A stretch of 64,000 nucleotides of DNA. It comes from an uncultured delta proteobacterium (GTDB lineage Bacteria; Desulfobacterota; Desulfobacteria; Desulfobacterales; Desulfatirhabdiaceae). Shown piece after piece: positions 61,053 to 64,000 of the stretch. The position numbers were made by a program, and so were the translations under genes. The stretch's first letter is position 1, and each line of letters begins with the position of its first letter. The notes beneath the pieces were generated by a model. That model had not been told where the DNA came from. It saw only the letters and a list, made by a program, of their open reading frames with translations, and searched no databases. Location of the stretch: NCBI GenBank assembly GCA_963789395.1, contig CAWBKP010000011.1, forward strand, positions 254,901-318,900, read 5' to 3'.

Positions 61053-62583
61053 CTCAACTTTCGGGATTAGCAGAAAGAACCCAAAAAAGAGATTAACAAT
61101 TTGAAATAATATAAGAAATAGGTTGAAGAGCCCAGTCTTTTGATTTATAGTGAATTTGCGAATAAACACAATAATATCAAAAGGAAATGGCCCTGATTCA
61201 TAACAGCATCGATCCCCAAACACAAGCAGACATTTGCATTCTTGGCAAAATAGACGACTTTTTCAACCGATTCAACATTGCTTCCACCTTGCATCGGTGC
61301 GGTATCCGAAAACGTCACGGGCACAGTGTTCGCTCTTTGATAAAGACCATTTTCACATTGCCTTTTGTAGGGAAGAACTTTTTCAGGGGCATTGTCATCA
61401 ATGAAGAACTGCCCTTTGCAAAAGATGCTGCCTACGAGATGTTGAAAGGGTGCAATTCCAACTGGCGGCGGTTATTGCTGCTGTTAGGTGTCCGGCTCTA
61501 TGAGTTCATCAACCGATTGACAGATGAAACGCGCGAGTCGGTGTTGATTGTGGATGACAGCACCTATGATCGTTCCCGGTCAAAAAAGGTGGAACTGCTA
61601 TCTCGGGTACTGGACCATAGCAGCGGACGTTTCCTGAAGGGATTCCGGATGCTGACGGTTTGCTGGTCAGACGGTGCCAGTTGTCTTCCGATGGATTTTG
61701 CCCTGCAGTCATCGGCCGATGCCAAGAATCGGCTATGTGAAAGCCACAAATCGATGGATAGACGCTGCTGTGCCTGGCAGCGTCGAAAAGAGGCCACTGT
61801 CAAAGCCACCAAACATCTGGACGAAATGGTTAAACGGATCCTGTCTGCAGGTGTCCAGGCCAAATACCTGCTCATGGACAGCTGGTTTACCATGCCGGCA
61901 ACCGTTACTGCGCTGAGCACCCATATTGATGTTATCGGTATGGTCAAAAAAACACCGAAAGTCCTTTACGGATACAACGGGCATCGGATGGACCTGAAGG
62001 CCGTTTACCGGAATTTAAAGAAGCGTTGCGGTCGCACCAGCATCCTGGCCAGCACAATCGTAACCCTGAAAGAGGGTCTTTGTGTCAAGCTGGTCTTTGT
62101 CCGGGATAGGCGAAAGAAAGACTGGCTGGCGCTGATGTCCACGGACCTGGAACTGGCAAACGAAGAAATTGTGCGCATTTACGGAAAACGCTGGGACATC
62201 GAGGTGTTTTTTAAAATGGCCAAACAGCACCTGAAGCTGGCCAAGGAGATCCAATGCCGGGACTACGATGCATTGATTGCCCATACCAGCATCGTGTTCA
62301 TGCGGTATATGTTTCTGGCTTACCAATGCCGGATAGAGACAGATCAACGGACATTCGGGGATCTATTTTATGCCTGCTGCCAAGAGATGGCGGATATATC
62401 CTTTATCGAAGCACTTTACCGGATACTAACACTTGCAGGCGAACGGTTGAGAGAATTAGGTAGCTATTGTCAGAAAACCGCGTCAGCCCTTCTAGAATCA
62501 ATAATGGAAACCGCGCTAAAATTCGTAGGATTGTCAAAGAACGGCTGTTTGGCTAATAATAGTGCTTAAACCCGAAAGTTGAG
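61053..62583 (+). mobile_element. IS4-like insertion sequence, 1531 bp
   Basis: Ends CTCAACTTTCGGG / CCCGAAAGTTGAG (perfect 13-bp IR); 7-bp duplication TTATTAT at 61046-61052 and 62584-62590. Confidence 0.92.
61187..62569 (+). CDS. IS4-like DDE transposase
   Basis: IVDDS, LMDSWF and YGKRWDIEVFFKMAKQHL. Confidence 0.92.
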   Translation: MALIHNSIDPQTQADICILGKIDDFFNRFNIASTLHRCGIRKRHGHSVRSLIKTIFTLPFVGKNFFRGIVINEELPFAKDAAYEMLKGCNSNWRRLLLLLGVRLYEFINRLTDETRESVLIVDDSTYDRSRSKKVELLSRVLDHSSGRFLKGFRMLTVCWSDGASCLPMDFALQSSADAKNRLCESHKSMDRRCCAWQRRKEATVKATKHLDEMVKRILSAGVQAKYLLMDSWFTMPATVTALSTHIDVIGMVKKTPKVLYGYNGHRMDLKAVYRNLKKRCGRTSILASTIVTLKEGLCVKLVFVRDRRKKDWLALMSTDLELANEEIVRIYGKRWDIEVFFKMAKQHLKLAKEIQCRDYDALIAHTSIVFMRYMFLAYQCRIETDQRTFGDLFYACCQEMADISFIEALYRILTLAGERLRELGSYCQKTASALLESIMETALKFVGLSKNGCLANNSA

Positions 62584-63207
62584 TTATTATGTTATTTTTC
62601 ATAATTGATTGATGGCGCGGCGATGGTCGCGGCGAGATCTGACGATAGTGAATTTTAAGTTATCAAAATATAATATTGATAGCCGAATGACAGCCTGCCT
62701 TATCTCTTTCTGTAAATTATATTCAGTTTTTGTTTCGTCAGTGACGATATTTCCCAAAATTCTCTGCCTCCATCGAGAGGAAATTCAGAGGAAGGTGTGA
62801 CTGTGGATGGAAGGATTGTGATAAGATGAATTCAGTTCTGATAATTTCATCTTCATGAAGCCATAACTCATATATTAAATGAGGCTTCCGAATCCGTTAG
62901 GGATACCCTTAAAATGCTTGGCATCCCTTTACTGACGGATGTTTTTGGCCTTCGCCCCCTCGCTGAAAGCCAGTCAATTCTTTAAACACAAGCCTCTGTT
63001 TTTTGTGATCGCTGTGGATTCCCGTGTGAAGAGGATTCGCGCGAAATCATGTGCTTCATTAGACGGAATCCAAGCTTTAAATGTTTCCGATTTATTCATG
63101 GCTTGCCTTCCAGCTTCTCAAGTCCATGCCGTTTGAGCAAAGGGACAGGGTGGCAGGGGGGACTTTGTATCTTTCAGCAATAAAATTCTTCTTACTTCCG
63201 TTTTAAA

Positions 63208-63672
63208 TCAGAGCTTCAATCTCCGGCCTGAACCTGTCCAGCCTTGAGTTGCCGATTCCTTTCGGCCTGCCGAGTTGCTGGACGCTTGACCTGGCTGCTG
63301 CTCCTGTTCCAGAATGCGTTTGATCCTCTGTGCCGCCAGCCTGCAGACCGCCAGGTAAGGGGTTGCCAGCAGGGGTACCTCGAACACCACCCGGCAGCGG
63401 TCAGGTCCGAGCGACTCCACCCGGTGACCCGTTGCCGGAATGCCGGCTACCTCCCAGTCCCAATGGTGTCCGGCAACAAATTCCGTGACCCGGAAAGGCA
63501 GCCAGGCGCCGATGATTGTCTGGACACGACCGCTACTGCCGGGGCCAATGAACCGTTCGGCTGACTCAACGCGGGAGACCGATGGTCCCCACTGCGGCCA
63601 TCTCGACGTGTCGGTCAGCAGGTTCCAGGCCGCAGACGCCGGAGCCAGTATCTCAACTCCTGTTTCCGGCAT
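63208..63672 (-). CDS. SRPBCC (polyketide cyclase-like) family protein
   Basis: AW.LLTDT.RWP.WGPSV...F.VTEF..G..W.W.VAG. Confidence 0.8.
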   Translation of the reverse strand: MPETGVEILAPASAAWNLLTDTSRWPQWGPSVSRVESAERFIGPGSSGRVQTIIGAWLPFRVTEFVAGHHWDWEVAGIPATGHRVESLGPDRCRVVFEVPLLATPYLAVCRLAAQRIKRILEQEQQPGQASSNSAGRKESATQGWTGSGRRLKL

Positions 63673-64000
63673 GCTTGCCCCGCAGCAACGCGTCAATACC
63701 CTCTGCCGGTTGCCATCGTCTCAGTTGCACCAGCAGGTAACCGGCCATGGCGATATTGCCCAGGGTCATGATCAGAAAGAACGAGAGGATACCTTTTGCC
63801 ACCGACTGCTCGCGCCAGGCAACCCAGAGCCAGAAGAAGAGAAAGCCGCAGTAGGCATCGGCCAGAGTGGCGCGGAACCAGGGATCGGGCCAGAGCTGGC
63901 GGGTTGCGCTGACGATATCCTGATGCAGCGAGGCATTGACCGTCACATACAGCATGACGGCCAGAACAAGACAACAGACACCAGTTAAAAATAGCTTCAT
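63653..64000 (-). CDS. DUF1475 family membrane protein
   Basis: PWF.ATL.DAYCGFL.F.LWVAWRE...LGNIA...Y. Confidence 0.78.
   Translation of the reverse strand: MKLFLTGVCCLVLAVMLYVTVNASLHQDIVSATRQLWPDPWFRATLADAYCGFLFFWLWVAWREQSVAKGILSFFLIMTLGNIAMAGYLLVQLRRWQPAEGIDALLRGKHAGNRS

Noticed and set aside
58362..62583. Composite transposon carrying ecotin between the two IS4-like elements
   Set aside because: The elements are different and each has its own target duplication, indicating independent insertions.
62590..63200. Several small hairpins and short ORFs
   Set aside because: No recognisable RNA family or protein motif; cannot be supported.

Overview
Bacterial chromosomal window of about 50 genes, probably from a Desulfobacterales-like anaerobe (inferred from the class III PhaEC and the repeat families, not proven). 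Many genes are split by single-base frameshifts that look like long-read assembly errors. Layout: (1) 1-22.9 kb, an envelope/stress gene island: DUF2950/DUF3300, two Ysc84/SYLF paralogues, a large MscS, DUF4105, a PlpD-like patatin, cardiolipin synthase, a GluR0-like ligand-gated K+ channel, an RND pump, asparaginase and DUF3313. (2) 22.9-36.9 kb, a large polyhydroxyalkanoate (PHA) locus: phaE/phaC, phaR, a phasin, a MaoC hydratase, an output-less tandem-GAF protein, two further Cys-nucleophile alpha/beta hydrolases, and a co-oriented GNAT-ackA-fabI-DUF3141-maoC/pta block. No phaA or phaB is in the window. (3) 36.9-56.2 kb: a carbonic anhydrase pseudogene, a third Ysc84, a decayed IS5, a GH63-like glucosidase, glucokinase, a BrnT-like TA pair, a membrane P-loop ATPase plus MscS operon, a hybrid kinase, a cupin, a three-gene secreted-protein operon and an MFS transporter. 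(4) 56.2-64 kb, an AT-rich tract: three small alpha/beta proteins, two intact IS4-like elements with visible target-site duplications, ecotin, SRPBCC and DUF1475. Three families of palindromic REP/MITE-like repeats occupy many spacers. No rRNA, tRNA or CRISPR array was recognised. All family assignments are from motif recognition by eye; no database search was run.
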